From IMG/VR virus record IMGVR_UViG_3300031839_001922: a DNA stretch of 54,739 bases; one strand, written 5' to 3'. Numbering within the stretch: position 1 is the stretch's first letter; each line of letters begins with the position of its first letter. This stretch comes from an uncultured virus (IMG/VR IMGVR_UViG_3300031839_001922). Taxonomy: Duplodnaviria > Heunggongvirae > Uroviricota > Caudoviricetes. Of the stretch, positions 21,001 to 29,046 are shown piece by piece. Made by a program: the position numbers and the translations under genes. Under the pieces are notes generated by a model. It worked only from the letters and a program-made list of their open reading frames with translations. It searched no databases and was not told where the DNA came from.

Positions 21001-21815
21001 TTGTGCTTGTGGGAAACATCAGATTCGAATAAAGATTGGTTAAAGTGTACCTTTGTTCTTGCGTGTCCGTCGCCAAATATTCCTGTTTTGATATGACTTT
21101 TTATCTTCATATCAGTCAAATTTGGTGCAGGATCTTCCTCTGTGTTGCCGACATAAAGGCCGCCGGCTGGTCTAGACAAGTTGCGTGCAGCTTGACATGC
21201 AGGGTTAAAAGACTCTAGCGATTTCGTTACTTTAACAATCGCGTTGAAAGCTTCAGTTGTGTGTATTCCAATGATGTAGCCAGTTGGGGCGCCGCTATAG
21301 CTAGCTTGCTCATCATCGTTAGCATACTGAACCCACACAATTGAGCCTGGCTGAATTGCTTTGACGCCTTGTAAGTTTTCTTCAATTTGCACAAACTCGC
21401 CATGCAGCTGAATTCTTTTTTGGTCTTTATCGTCTTTTGGCCATGGAATGTCAGCGTCAAATTCAGGTATCTTTGCAATTACACGGACAGCTGGAGGCTT
21501 GTTGCCTTTCCTTCTGATCTCCTCTCGTACATCCCTACTAGCTGCATCTGACGATTTTGTATTAGGTCCGTCTCCACTAGCAGCGCTATTGTTTTTTTGT
21601 GGTCCAGTTATAACATCCAACACTACAGCGGCATAAGGACCAGTGCCTCTCTTTACGTCGTAGTTGTATACGGAGCTAAATACGTCAGATAGCAAAGAAG
21701 AGAAGCTTTGACCTTCGTCAATTCTTTTCTTTGTTATGTCGTTGTTAAGCTTGTTAAGAACACCTAGTGGTAGATTCTGGTGGTAAGCCCAGCTAGATTT
21801 TATTTCTTCCGCCAT
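18015..21815 (-). CDS. Putative tail-associated peptidoglycan peptidase: gp5-OB-like N-terminus, degenerate alpha/beta-hydrolase-like middle, M15-type C-terminal domain
   Basis: SLHALGLAIDID matches SxHxxGxAxD and is followed by DSHAHFQ (third Zn ligand). N-terminal AVVLDV..VRVIAKIPE..PGSIVWVQY resembles the gp5/VgrG OB fold. Confidence 0.65.
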   Translation of the reverse strand: MAEEIKSSWAYHQNLPLGVLNKLNNDITKKRIDEGQSFSSLLSDVFSSVYNYDVKRGTGPYAAVVLDVITGPQKNNSAASGDGPNTKSSDAASRDVREEIRRKGNKPPAVRVIAKIPEFDADIPWPKDDKDQKRIQLHGEFVQIEENLQGVKAIQPGSIVWVQYANDDEQASYSGAPTGYIIGIHTTEAFNAIVKVTKSLESFNPACQAARNLSRPAGGLYVGNTEEDPAPNLTDMKIKSHIKTGIFGDGHARTKVHFNQSLFESDVSHKHNIRGPAPGKDNAFIWIGHLKNNGYMDILDRPNDKGRETIIYAPATLDLNVPVEIKYYFHDVGGFGYAHLNGPNTTIDAAIENSELPGNDFKEKIAPAIKDLNVDGRNYILVIPEMAYSLGYGTATGHTKRVQKIVDGEPVDPGVFPGNETSNIRSNVDPTSRAIVKEYLSNVDLGGGKNLAQNTPLALRQLVTFDGSYTGGNFELFHNEVLDVLEAYIYADVTDRLEFVSFLGDGLGAVALASSLQVSDGIQKAVFNPNTNVRIDFITSPEADLVSAFYGGYFGTSAPSTVVYNNLLLQRDSVGYTEFNYITPSSNNTENSFFDNLGKIEDYKRNVKTPGKGASANKFSFVISESDSDRRFVSMHVVDRPSVSGTKNKVGYAFSMINKDLPSFPGYPKKNDKNSQLKAGLNKVPDHAYALATKSSPSDLERLTKQQTELTETVSFFQGALDKILAASSSGLGLGGGYLELCKDEKYQIFCNKYGNVDQNKNSLFDSEYRKHLNNLKKLAEINILLPKGSFIELIKSSKQALEAEKKDLQDLLTAAKENLAPPEEGEESIRDVWEALNTGIAQYNDRLKKADIGAGVPDLGLLADFIVAPEAYTKLIKKVDSLIGVFDPQAVARPADCVPAPQTVSEAQAGSANNANDASSGCPPVGPETPTTFAGLAFLLGYGDDIGTPPVKDDFEYVSGVSKGKINKVRLPETFKLDKFNYSARGPNGTIVKKEGPHIWGCMTRMLSDKWNEACEQTKYYPFAITNGVKGHEEPKTAGIAAYENGLSLHALGLAIDIDPQITGFSFDPRKAVHSVFTGAWNVFGNALTEAKMTQRGVLEGLYKLGVYQKKADKLYLNSHEGLQLGARPRSIENFASAPDSYLGKTDTFQPRDRRYFNIMTDARGGPIVPMGANPVKWVVLFCEKTGMKWGNGTFLKKRWRGGKTWNDTEKKEISNLLGVENVVDRIQNISWQSDLDSHAHFQYFAGDGIIAWEEIDKYIEEEDL

Positions 21816-21823
21816 GTTTTCCC

Positions 21824-22132
21824 CTACTGTTCTTCACTGTCTTCCTTAATCATGTCATATATGTCTGATTTTTCTAGTGAAGTCAGCCCGGAAGAAACAG
21901 TTTCTTTTTTGCTAAGGAGATTAGCTAGCTTTACCAACTGCTCGTTTGAGCGCTGGAGGGTTTCTAAATATTTTGCAGCGACAGGGCCAGAATACTGGTG
22001 CTTTGTTTCATCTTGTTTTAGTATCTTCATCAACTCTACCAGAAGTGTAGAGGCCATCGCTCTGTCACTTCTGACATTATCAATAGCCTCTTCTACAAAC
22101 TGGTCTGAATTTAAACGCTTCCCTTTTCCCAT
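21824..22132 (-). CDS. Hypothetical helical protein
   Basis: 102-aa ORF overlapping the end of the sigma factor gene; no family recognised. Confidence 0.6.
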   Translation of the reverse strand: MGKGKRLNSDQFVEEAIDNVRSDRAMASTLLVELMKILKQDETKHQYSGPVAAKYLETLQRSNEQLVKLANLLSKKETVSSGLTSLEKSDIYDMIKEDSEEQ

Positions 22133-22800
22133 TGCTTTTTAAAATTCCTATATCTTTCCCTCATACGATTCAAATTATTAACTATTTGTTTCGTATTCAA
22201 GCCAGTGATCTCTCTCATGTACAAGTAAATAGCTTTTTTATTAAAAATTTCAACTTCATCGATGCTATTAAAAAGGATGCGAATGGCTTCTAGTACTTTC
22301 TTTTCGTTGTCTTTTAGTTTTAAATTTTCCCAACTGTCAATCTCAGCAAAAAGATGTTGCCAAAACTCATGGTTTTCTCTGTCGCTTTCATAAGTGTGGT
22401 GGGTCACCAAGATATCATTTATTTCGGCGCTATTTATGTCTTCATATTGTACATCTCTCTTTAGTCTTTTAGCGTTTTGTTTTACTTTGTGAATAAACCA
22501 ATTTTTTGTGATGACACTAAAATAAGAAAAGGCCTTTGATTTTCTCTCTGGGTCGTACTTGTCAAGTATGGTTATTAGCCATAGTTTGCAGTCATCCTTC
22601 AAATAATCAATGTTTGGAAGCGTGTTAAACTTATAAGTGTATACTATTTTATCAACTAGCTCATTGAAAGCCGGTTCAATTAACTCTATATACAGCGTTG
22701 TTCTTACTTGCTTGTCATTTGTCGACGCATATTGTATTATTGCCTCCTCATGAACTTTAGTAAAATACGTATTCTTTTTTCTAGTTCTCTTCTTCCTCAT
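22111..22800 (-). CDS. Phage RNA polymerase sigma factor, T4 gp55-like (late transcription)
   Basis: YFT..HEEAIIQY, AFNELVDKIVYTYKF and KYDPERKSKAFSYFSVITKNWFI resemble sigma region 2 of gp55-type factors. Confidence 0.8.
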   Translation of the reverse strand: MRKKRTRKKNTYFTKVHEEAIIQYASTNDKQVRTTLYIELIEPAFNELVDKIVYTYKFNTLPNIDYLKDDCKLWLITILDKYDPERKSKAFSYFSVITKNWFIHKVKQNAKRLKRDVQYEDINSAEINDILVTHHTYESDRENHEFWQHLFAEIDSWENLKLKDNEKKVLEAIRILFNSIDEVEIFNKKAIYLYMREITGLNTKQIVNNLNRMRERYRNFKKQWEKGSV

Positions 22801-23143
22801 CCGGCTCTTCTATTTCTACGTCAAAGTACTCGGCCTGAAAATCTATGAAATCATTAATTAGGCGTCTTGAGTGATCAATCATGCCCTGCAGATCTTCGTC
22901 ACCATAGTACATTTCTAGACCATGTATTTCGTCAATATGACTAGAAAAATCTTCTATTTTTTCTACGATATTTATAATATCTTCTTCAAGTTGCGCATTT
23001 TTCGACACCATCGTAAAGACAAACCACAACATGCCTAAATTTAGCAAAACACTAACATAAAACAAAAAAGGTAAAATACCGAATAAAACCATTAATAATA
23101 TGCCATTAAGGACTAGTGATGTAAGAACTACTATTTTATTCAT
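22781..23143 (-). CDS. Hypothetical membrane protein
   Basis: Hydrophobic N-terminal ~45 aa (two probable TM helices), then an acidic coiled segment. Confidence 0.6.
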   Translation of the reverse strand: MNKIVVLTSLVLNGILLMVLFGILPFLFYVSVLLNLGMLWFVFTMVSKNAQLEEDIINIVEKIEDFSSHIDEIHGLEMYYGDEDLQGMIDHSRRLINDFIDFQAEYFDVEIEEPDEEEEN

Positions 23144-23402
23144 TTTCTGTGTACATTTGCCCTTGTAGATCTTTCTTTTGACTGTCTAGGTCTTCTTTAA
23201 AGTCTTCTATCGACTCACGCACGACAGAACCAACTTTTTTATCTTCTTCTTGGTTTCTATTCAAGCTAAAAGAAGATGGTTTTTTGACTAAACTATTTTC
23301 AGCGCCACACTGCGTGCAATCATTGACAGTGTCTGCCATGGCATGATACATTCCAAGCACGACATCGCAAGAAGTGCACTTATAAAGATATTTAGGCATC
23401 AA
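23136..23402 (-). CDS. FmdB-family zinc-ribbon protein
   Basis: MPKYLYKCTSC..CTQCG pattern. Confidence 0.75.
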   Translation of the reverse strand: MMPKYLYKCTSCDVVLGMYHAMADTVNDCTQCGAENSLVKKPSSFSLNRNQEEDKKVGSVVRESIEDFKEDLDSQKKDLQGQMYTENE

Positions 23403-23599
23403 TCTAGTGAGCCTATAGGATGCTCTTCATCCTCTTCTTTCATTTTTAAAATTGGTGGATTCATAACAAAAAGTTCCTTTTCTTCGTTAAGTTTAAAATT
23501 AAAGCCTTTTAAGACAGGAACTATGTCGCTTTGCTCCATTAAGGACTTTTGTAGAGCCATCATGATTGCACCCAAAGCTTCGTCCGATAACTTAAGCAT
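23399..23599 (-). CDS. Hypothetical protein
   Basis: 66-aa ORF overlapping both neighbours in the same direction. Confidence 0.6.
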   Translation of the reverse strand: MLKLSDEALGAIMMALQKSLMEQSDIVPVLKGFNFKLNEEKELFVMNPPILKMKEEDEEHPIGSLD

Positions 23600-24479
23600 T
23601 TTTTACCTCTTTTGCTTGCTTAAAACAAGAAGATACGCCCTCTTGTATGTCTATTGTAGCACACCAACCAAGTTGTTTTAACTTTTCAGTATCGGCTAAT
23701 GTGTTTTTTACTTCATTTGGTCTTGGTTCTATATAGTTAAATTTCGCATTTGGAAAATATATTTGAGTTATTTTTTTTAACTCATTTAAAGAAATGTTCC
23801 TACCGGTGCCAACATCAAAAAAATGTCCGCAAAAATCTTTCTTGCTTTCCATCGCAAATATATTCGCAGAAACTGCATCTGAAACATGTAGCATGTCTCT
23901 TCTCTGCTCTCCATCGCCTGTTATAAAAGGTGTTTTGTTATTTTTTAAGTAATCCATCCAGTTACACACCGCTGTAGAATATGGCCCGTTGGCCTCTTGG
24001 TCCTCAGAGTAGACGTTAAAATATCTAAGAGAGACAGTATCAAGCCCATATAGTTCAGAATACAGACGACATTCAACTTCTGTAGTCATTTTTTGCAAAG
24101 CATAAGGATTAGTCGGGCCATGGCCGTTACCAACAATAGAAGAGGAGCTGGAATATATTACTCTTTTAGCGCCAACCTTTCTTGCAAAATTTAAAACATG
24201 AGATCCAGCTAAAACATTGTTTTTCATAGTGACAACGGGGTGCTCAATGCTATAGCCGACGCGTGGAAAACATGCTAAATGAAAAACATATTCTGGTCTA
24301 AAATTCCACCAAGCAGGGTGGAAAGTTCCGTCGTTGGATTCTTTTAAACCTTGAAGAGAGTTTATGTCATGGCCGCTTTTAATGTCTATGCCTAAGACTT
24401 CGTGGCCCTGCTCCCTTAATTTTTTGACTAAATTTGAACCAATGTAGCCTTGGTGTCCTGTTACTAAACATCTAGCCAT
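23592..24479 (-). CDS. NAD-dependent sugar epimerase/dehydratase (extended SDR)
   Basis: Start re-called at ATG 24479 (MARCLVTGHQGYIGS). SSSS, YALQK (YxxxK), LRYFNVY and GDGEQRRD motifs. Confidence 0.88.
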   Translation of the reverse strand: MARCLVTGHQGYIGSNLVKKLREQGHEVLGIDIKSGHDINSLQGLKESNDGTFHPAWWNFRPEYVFHLACFPRVGYSIEHPVVTMKNNVLAGSHVLNFARKVGAKRVIYSSSSSIVGNGHGPTNPYALQKMTTEVECRLYSELYGLDTVSLRYFNVYSEDQEANGPYSTAVCNWMDYLKNNKTPFITGDGEQRRDMLHVSDAVSANIFAMESKKDFCGHFFDVGTGRNISLNELKKITQIYFPNAKFNYIEPRPNEVKNTLADTEKLKQLGWCATIDIQEGVSSCFKQAKEVKNA

Positions 24480-25482
24480 TATCTTTTGCTTCAACTTGTT
24501 TTTGAATCCACAAAAACGTTTTTTCCATTCCTTCGCGAAGTGGCTGTGAAACAACCCAGCCTATTTTTTCTTTGTATAATTTATTGTCAGAGTTTCTTCC
24601 ATTGACTCCAATTGGGCACTTATGGCCATACTTGTCTTCAAACTCTTTTCCGTCAATATTGTGAATTGATACATCTTTACCAGAAATATCAATTGCCATT
24701 TTTGCAAAATCATTGATGGAAATCATCTCTTCAGACCCAATATTTACAGGTCCAGAAAAATCAGACTGCATTAGTCGATAAGTCGCTTCTACACACTCGT
24801 CGACATACAAAAAAGATCTTGTTTGAGAGCCCGGGCCCCAGACCTCCACAGAGTCGCCGTCGGCGCACTCAGCGACTTTTCTACAAAAAGCGGCGGGCGC
24901 TTTTTCTCGGCCGCCTTCCCAGGTGCCAAAAGGACCAAATATATTATGATAGCGAGCAATTCTTACTTCTATGCCTTTGTTCCTCATAAACGAAAGGTAA
25001 AGCCTTTCCGAAAAAAGTTTTTCCCAGCCATACTCAGAATCTGGATTCGCTGGGTACGCAGAGTCTTCTACACAGTTTGGATTATCTGGGTCTAATTGAT
25101 TGTGCTCAGGATACATGCATGCAGAGGAGGAATAAAATATTCTTTTTACATTTTTTTTGGCTGCCTCGTGTGCTATATTTAGATTGATTAAAGCAGAATT
25201 ATGCATAATATCAGCATCATTTTCGCCTGTAAACACAAACCCAGCGCCGCCCATGTCTGCAGCTAACTGATATATTTCTTCCACCTGACCATCAACAACA
25301 GAAGCGACTACTTCTGGATTTCTTAAGTCACCGATGACAAAATCGTCTGCTAGTTCGGCAACATTGTGGAATTCGTTGTGTTTTAAGTCCACACCTCTAA
25401 CCCAGTAACCCTTGGATTTTAAAAATTTAACTAAATGGCCCCCGATAAAGCCTCCGGCGCCGCAAACTAAAGCTCTTTTCAC
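24472..25482 (-). CDS. GDP-mannose 3,5-epimerase-like SDR
   Basis: GAGGFIG, LAADMGG, SSACMYP (catalytic Cys), YGWEK and GGREKAPAAFCRK (catalytic Lys) match the GME family. GTG start with AGGAG RBS. Confidence 0.85.
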   Translation of the reverse strand: MKRALVCGAGGFIGGHLVKFLKSKGYWVRGVDLKHNEFHNVAELADDFVIGDLRNPEVVASVVDGQVEEIYQLAADMGGAGFVFTGENDADIMHNSALINLNIAHEAAKKNVKRIFYSSSACMYPEHNQLDPDNPNCVEDSAYPANPDSEYGWEKLFSERLYLSFMRNKGIEVRIARYHNIFGPFGTWEGGREKAPAAFCRKVAECADGDSVEVWGPGSQTRSFLYVDECVEATYRLMQSDFSGPVNIGSEEMISINDFAKMAIDISGKDVSIHNIDGKEFEDKYGHKCPIGVNGRNSDNKLYKEKIGWVVSQPLREGMEKTFLWIQKQVEAKDNG

Positions 25483-25491
25483 AATAAACTC

Positions 25492-27399
25492 CTAAATAAT
25501 ATTATTATATTTTTCTAATCGGTGCATGGAGTGACGACATCCAGCTCCGTGATTAACGTGGCCACTCCAAATTTCTGTAACCCAGGAAAAGTCTTTCTTG
25601 TTGCCAGACAAGACATCAAAAAAGTTCTTGAAATTAACGTCCCCCTCATTAATTTGCACTCCCTCACCGTCAATTCCGATTGCATCAGAGATATGAAAGT
25701 GCGATACATAGGGAAGAACATGGCTGGTATACTCTTCTAGGGAGATATTGGCATGATTGCAGTGCAAAGCAGCATGGCAGACATCATACGTCATCATCAA
25801 GCCAAAGTGATTGCAAAAATCAATCATATCTTGTGAATGCATAAAGCCATATTGGAACCACTGCCCCCCAAGATACCACGGCCGTGGAGGAAGATTCTCT
25901 GGCAATACATCAATATTGTCCGGATTGAAATTTAACTTTTTAAAGTTATCAACTGCTCTTTCCATCATTAAGCTCGTGTTTCCGTCATTAATTACATGTT
26001 GAAGCGACATACCCCCTAAATGTACCACAAATTTAGGTTTTTTTAAGGGAAAGTTTTTGGATATTGCTAGCGTTTTGTCTATTGCCTTTTGCAATAACTC
26101 AACTGAACCCTTTACAATTTCTGGGTCTTCCGAGCATATATCAACCAATTTACGATCAAATATTTCTGGTGCATGTACGACCAATTGGCTAGTTTTTGAG
26201 AATCCCTTAAAGTTTACATCCATGTCTCTTTGTGAGCAATGAAATTCTATGACCGGCGAGTTTAATCTTTTATACTCTTCAAAATCATGGAAGCGACATT
26301 TAACACCCCATTTTTTCGAAAATTTTGGCAGTTTCCAATCTTCAACCTTGACTATTTTTTCAAAATGATGGCTGGTCAAAAAACTATCTTTTGTTACCTC
26401 ACACTTTAATTGTTTGTTGTAAAATTTTTCTATTTCATGTTTATGAATTCCCTTGCCAGGAGAAGTAAAATATATGTCTTCTGGCTTAAGAACATGATCA
26501 ACTGGTAAATCTTTTTTAGCATATGCAGATTTTGCAAAAGTTTCCTTTGCTAATTTTTCTGCCTGGTTAACTACTTTGTCTTCCCCTAAAGCTAACTTTA
26601 AAGACCTCAAATTATCAACCATCTCTTTAAACTCATCCGGGTGCATAGAGGCCTTGTGGTCTGGCCCTGTCTGTGTTCTGTCAAAAGTGATATGTTTCTC
26701 AACTATTCTAGCGCCCAGGGCAGAAGCGGCGACCGGAATAAATGTTCCTCTCTCGTGGCCAGAGTAGCCTATTAAATTGTGAATTGATTTTAACTTTGGC
26801 AAAAATTCTAAATTTATAGATTCAAAAGGAGTCGGGTAAGTTGAATTTGCTAAAAGCATAAAAAAATCATTCGCACCAAACGTTCTATATTTTGCTACAG
26901 CGTCTTTAATTTCTTGTTCAGTCCACATGCCAGTAGAGATTATTACAGGCCGGCCTGTTGAGAAGCAATATTCAACCAAGTCATAATTAACCATATCAGC
27001 CGAACCTATTTTGAAAGCGGCCAAACCAAGCTTATCACAAAATTTAGCAGAATCTAAATCAAATGGAGTGATAATTAAATCTATATCTAAACTATCACAC
27101 TTGTCTTTTATGGCCAAGTAATCATTTTCAGTAAGCTCTGTTTCTTCTAGTACCGGGATAAGGTATTCAAAAGTCCACTCTGCGCTGTTAGGATCATCCA
27201 ATATTTTCTCAGTATAAAGATCTCGCAAATTTCTTTTTTGAAATTTAACCGCGTCGGCTCCGGCTAGGTGGCTAGCATCGACTAATTCTAGTGCGGTTTG
27301 CAAACTTCCGTTGTGGTTAATTCCAATTTCAGCTATGACATAAGTGTCTCTGTACGATTTTGTTTTTTTGATATTGTTTATGTGATCAGATATTTTCAT
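25492..27399 (-). CDS. neuB: Nonulosonic acid synthase (NeuB family) + SAF domain + xylose-isomerase-like TIM barrel fusion
   Basis: IAEIGINHNG, AVKFQKR, STYP, GYSGHE and EKHIT motifs; SAF-like SPGKGI; C-terminal ENLPP, YDVCHA, HFHISD and TEIW metal-ligand motifs. Confidence 0.9.
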   Translation of the reverse strand: MKISDHINNIKKTKSYRDTYVIAEIGINHNGSLQTALELVDASHLAGADAVKFQKRNLRDLYTEKILDDPNSAEWTFEYLIPVLEETELTENDYLAIKDKCDSLDIDLIITPFDLDSAKFCDKLGLAAFKIGSADMVNYDLVEYCFSTGRPVIISTGMWTEQEIKDAVAKYRTFGANDFFMLLANSTYPTPFESINLEFLPKLKSIHNLIGYSGHERGTFIPVAASALGARIVEKHITFDRTQTGPDHKASMHPDEFKEMVDNLRSLKLALGEDKVVNQAEKLAKETFAKSAYAKKDLPVDHVLKPEDIYFTSPGKGIHKHEIEKFYNKQLKCEVTKDSFLTSHHFEKIVKVEDWKLPKFSKKWGVKCRFHDFEEYKRLNSPVIEFHCSQRDMDVNFKGFSKTSQLVVHAPEIFDRKLVDICSEDPEIVKGSVELLQKAIDKTLAISKNFPLKKPKFVVHLGGMSLQHVINDGNTSLMMERAVDNFKKLNFNPDNIDVLPENLPPRPWYLGGQWFQYGFMHSQDMIDFCNHFGLMMTYDVCHAALHCNHANISLEEYTSHVLPYVSHFHISDAIGIDGEGVQINEGDVNFKNFFDVLSGNKKDFSWVTEIWSGHVNHGAGCRHSMHRLEKYNNII

Positions 27400-28393
27400 T
27401 TTTTTGCCTTTTTAAAATACTGATATCATTTTCAACCATCAGCCTAACAGTTTCTTCTAGCGGCGTGGTCGCTTCCCACCCTAGCACTTCTTTTGCCTTG
27501 CTTGGGTCCCCTCTCAATAAATCAACTTCGGCAGGACGCATAAACTTTGGATCTTGTTTCACATACTTAGACCAATCTGTAATTCCAATACTACCAAATG
27601 CTATGGATAAAAATTCAGCAACACTGTGTGTTTTTCCTGTTGCCACAACAAAGTCTCCGTGCTTATTATTAAAAAACGTATCTTCATCTTGCTGCAACAT
27701 CATCCACATGGCCTCAACATAATCTGGTGCGTAGCCCCAGTCTCTTTTAGAATCCAAGTTTCCTAGTGTTATATGATCTTGCATGTCAAGGTGTATTTTA
27801 GCGACTCCATCAGTAATTTTTCTAGTTACGAACTCAATGCCGCGGCGTTCGGATTCATGGTTGAATAATATACCATTACAAGCAAACAAACCATAAGACT
27901 CACGATAATTTTTTGTTATCCAGTGCGCGTACAACTTAGACACAGCGTATGGGCTGCGTGGGTAAAAAGGAGTCATTTCGTTTTGTGGAGTGCACACTAC
28001 TTTGCCAAACATTTCTGATGTGCTAGCTTGATAAAACCTTATTTTTTTGTTGTGTGATAAAATAGACTCTAGCATATAGAGAGTGCCCATGGCGTTAACT
28101 TTTGTTGTCTGCTCTGAAAGATTCCAGCTAGAGCCAACAAAAGATTGCGCTGCTAAATTATAAACCTCGTCTGGATCTGAAACATACAAAGCGCGCTGTA
28201 AAGACCCCTTGTCTGTCATATCACCTGTTACAAAAACAACATCATCTTCAATATGTTTTGTATTAACTCTATTAATAGAAGACGCACGTCTTTCTAGACC
28301 ATACACCTTGTAGCCTTTTGATAACAATAGGTCAGCTAGGTGGCTCCCGTCCATTCCATTTATTCCAGTTATTAAAGCTTTTTTTTGTTTCAT
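27386..28393 (-). CDS. gmd: GDP-mannose 4,6-dehydratase
   Basis: ITGINGMDGS, YNLAAQSFV, QASTSEMFG, PRSPYAVSK, LFNHES, FVTRKI and RDWG motifs. Confidence 0.95.
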   Translation of the reverse strand: MKQKKALITGINGMDGSHLADLLLSKGYKVYGLERRASSINRVNTKHIEDDVVFVTGDMTDKGSLQRALYVSDPDEVYNLAAQSFVGSSWNLSEQTTKVNAMGTLYMLESILSHNKKIRFYQASTSEMFGKVVCTPQNEMTPFYPRSPYAVSKLYAHWITKNYRESYGLFACNGILFNHESERRGIEFVTRKITDGVAKIHLDMQDHITLGNLDSKRDWGYAPDYVEAMWMMLQQDEDTFFNNKHGDFVVATGKTHSVAEFLSIAFGSIGITDWSKYVKQDPKFMRPAEVDLLRGDPSKAKEVLGWEATTPLEETVRLMVENDISILKRQKNENI

Positions 28394-29046
28394 TGATTAA
28401 CCTCATCAATTGTCAAATACTGTTCTAAATAATCAACATCAACTTTGTGATTTTGTAGTTTATAAAATATACTGTTTTTCTCAAACATTAGATCATGCAG
28501 ATTATCAATAATATCAATGCTATAGCACCCGACAAACATGCTTAGTTTTAAGCATTTAGGGTAATCCTGTCTGCGATATAATTTGTGATCTACTAGCATG
28601 CTCGCTTTTTCGTTTGCCTCGTCGTAAAAACATAAATAAGGATGCTCTTTTACATCTTCACAGCAGACTAGAGACTTTTCGTCTTTAGACAAAAAATATG
28701 TGTATATATCCTCAATATCCTGCCATGTTCTCTGAGGGTATGTTAGGTATAGTAACACAATATTTGTGTCTTTTTCAGCATTTTTTAGAGAGTGTTTAAA
28801 ATGCTGCAGCACCTCTTTCATGGAGGTTTCGTCGCGACCTAATTTTTCTGGTCTGTGTAAAACATTAATCTTGTGCTCAGTAGCTATTTTTTTTATTACT
28901 TCGTCATCAGTAGAAACGTACACTCTTTGTTTTAAATTATCTGGAAATACCTTAACTGTATGTTTAAAAAGTTTTCTATTTTTAAACGGGAAGCCTTTTG
29001 AATTTCTACGCGCTGGGATTAAGAAATAACAATTTTCAAATTTCAT
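28390..29046 (-). CDS. Acylneuraminate cytidylyltransferase (CMP-nonulosonate synthetase, NeuA family)
   Basis: IPARRNSKGFPFKN, VSTDD, LTYPQR, RRQD and VDVD motifs. Confidence 0.85.
   Translation of the reverse strand: MKFENCYFLIPARRNSKGFPFKNRKLFKHTVKVFPDNLKQRVYVSTDDEVIKKIATEHKINVLHRPEKLGRDETSMKEVLQHFKHSLKNAEKDTNIVLLYLTYPQRTWQDIEDIYTYFLSKDEKSLVCCEDVKEHPYLCFYDEANEKASMLVDHKLYRRQDYPKCLKLSMFVGCYSIDIIDNLHDLMFEKNSIFYKLQNHKVDVDYLEQYLTIDEVNQ

Noticed and set aside
24480..24554. Track N-terminal extensions (also 36056-36070, 43585-43593, 51819-51839)
   Set aside because: Downstream ATGs fit domain starts, RBS positions or stop-start coupling better.
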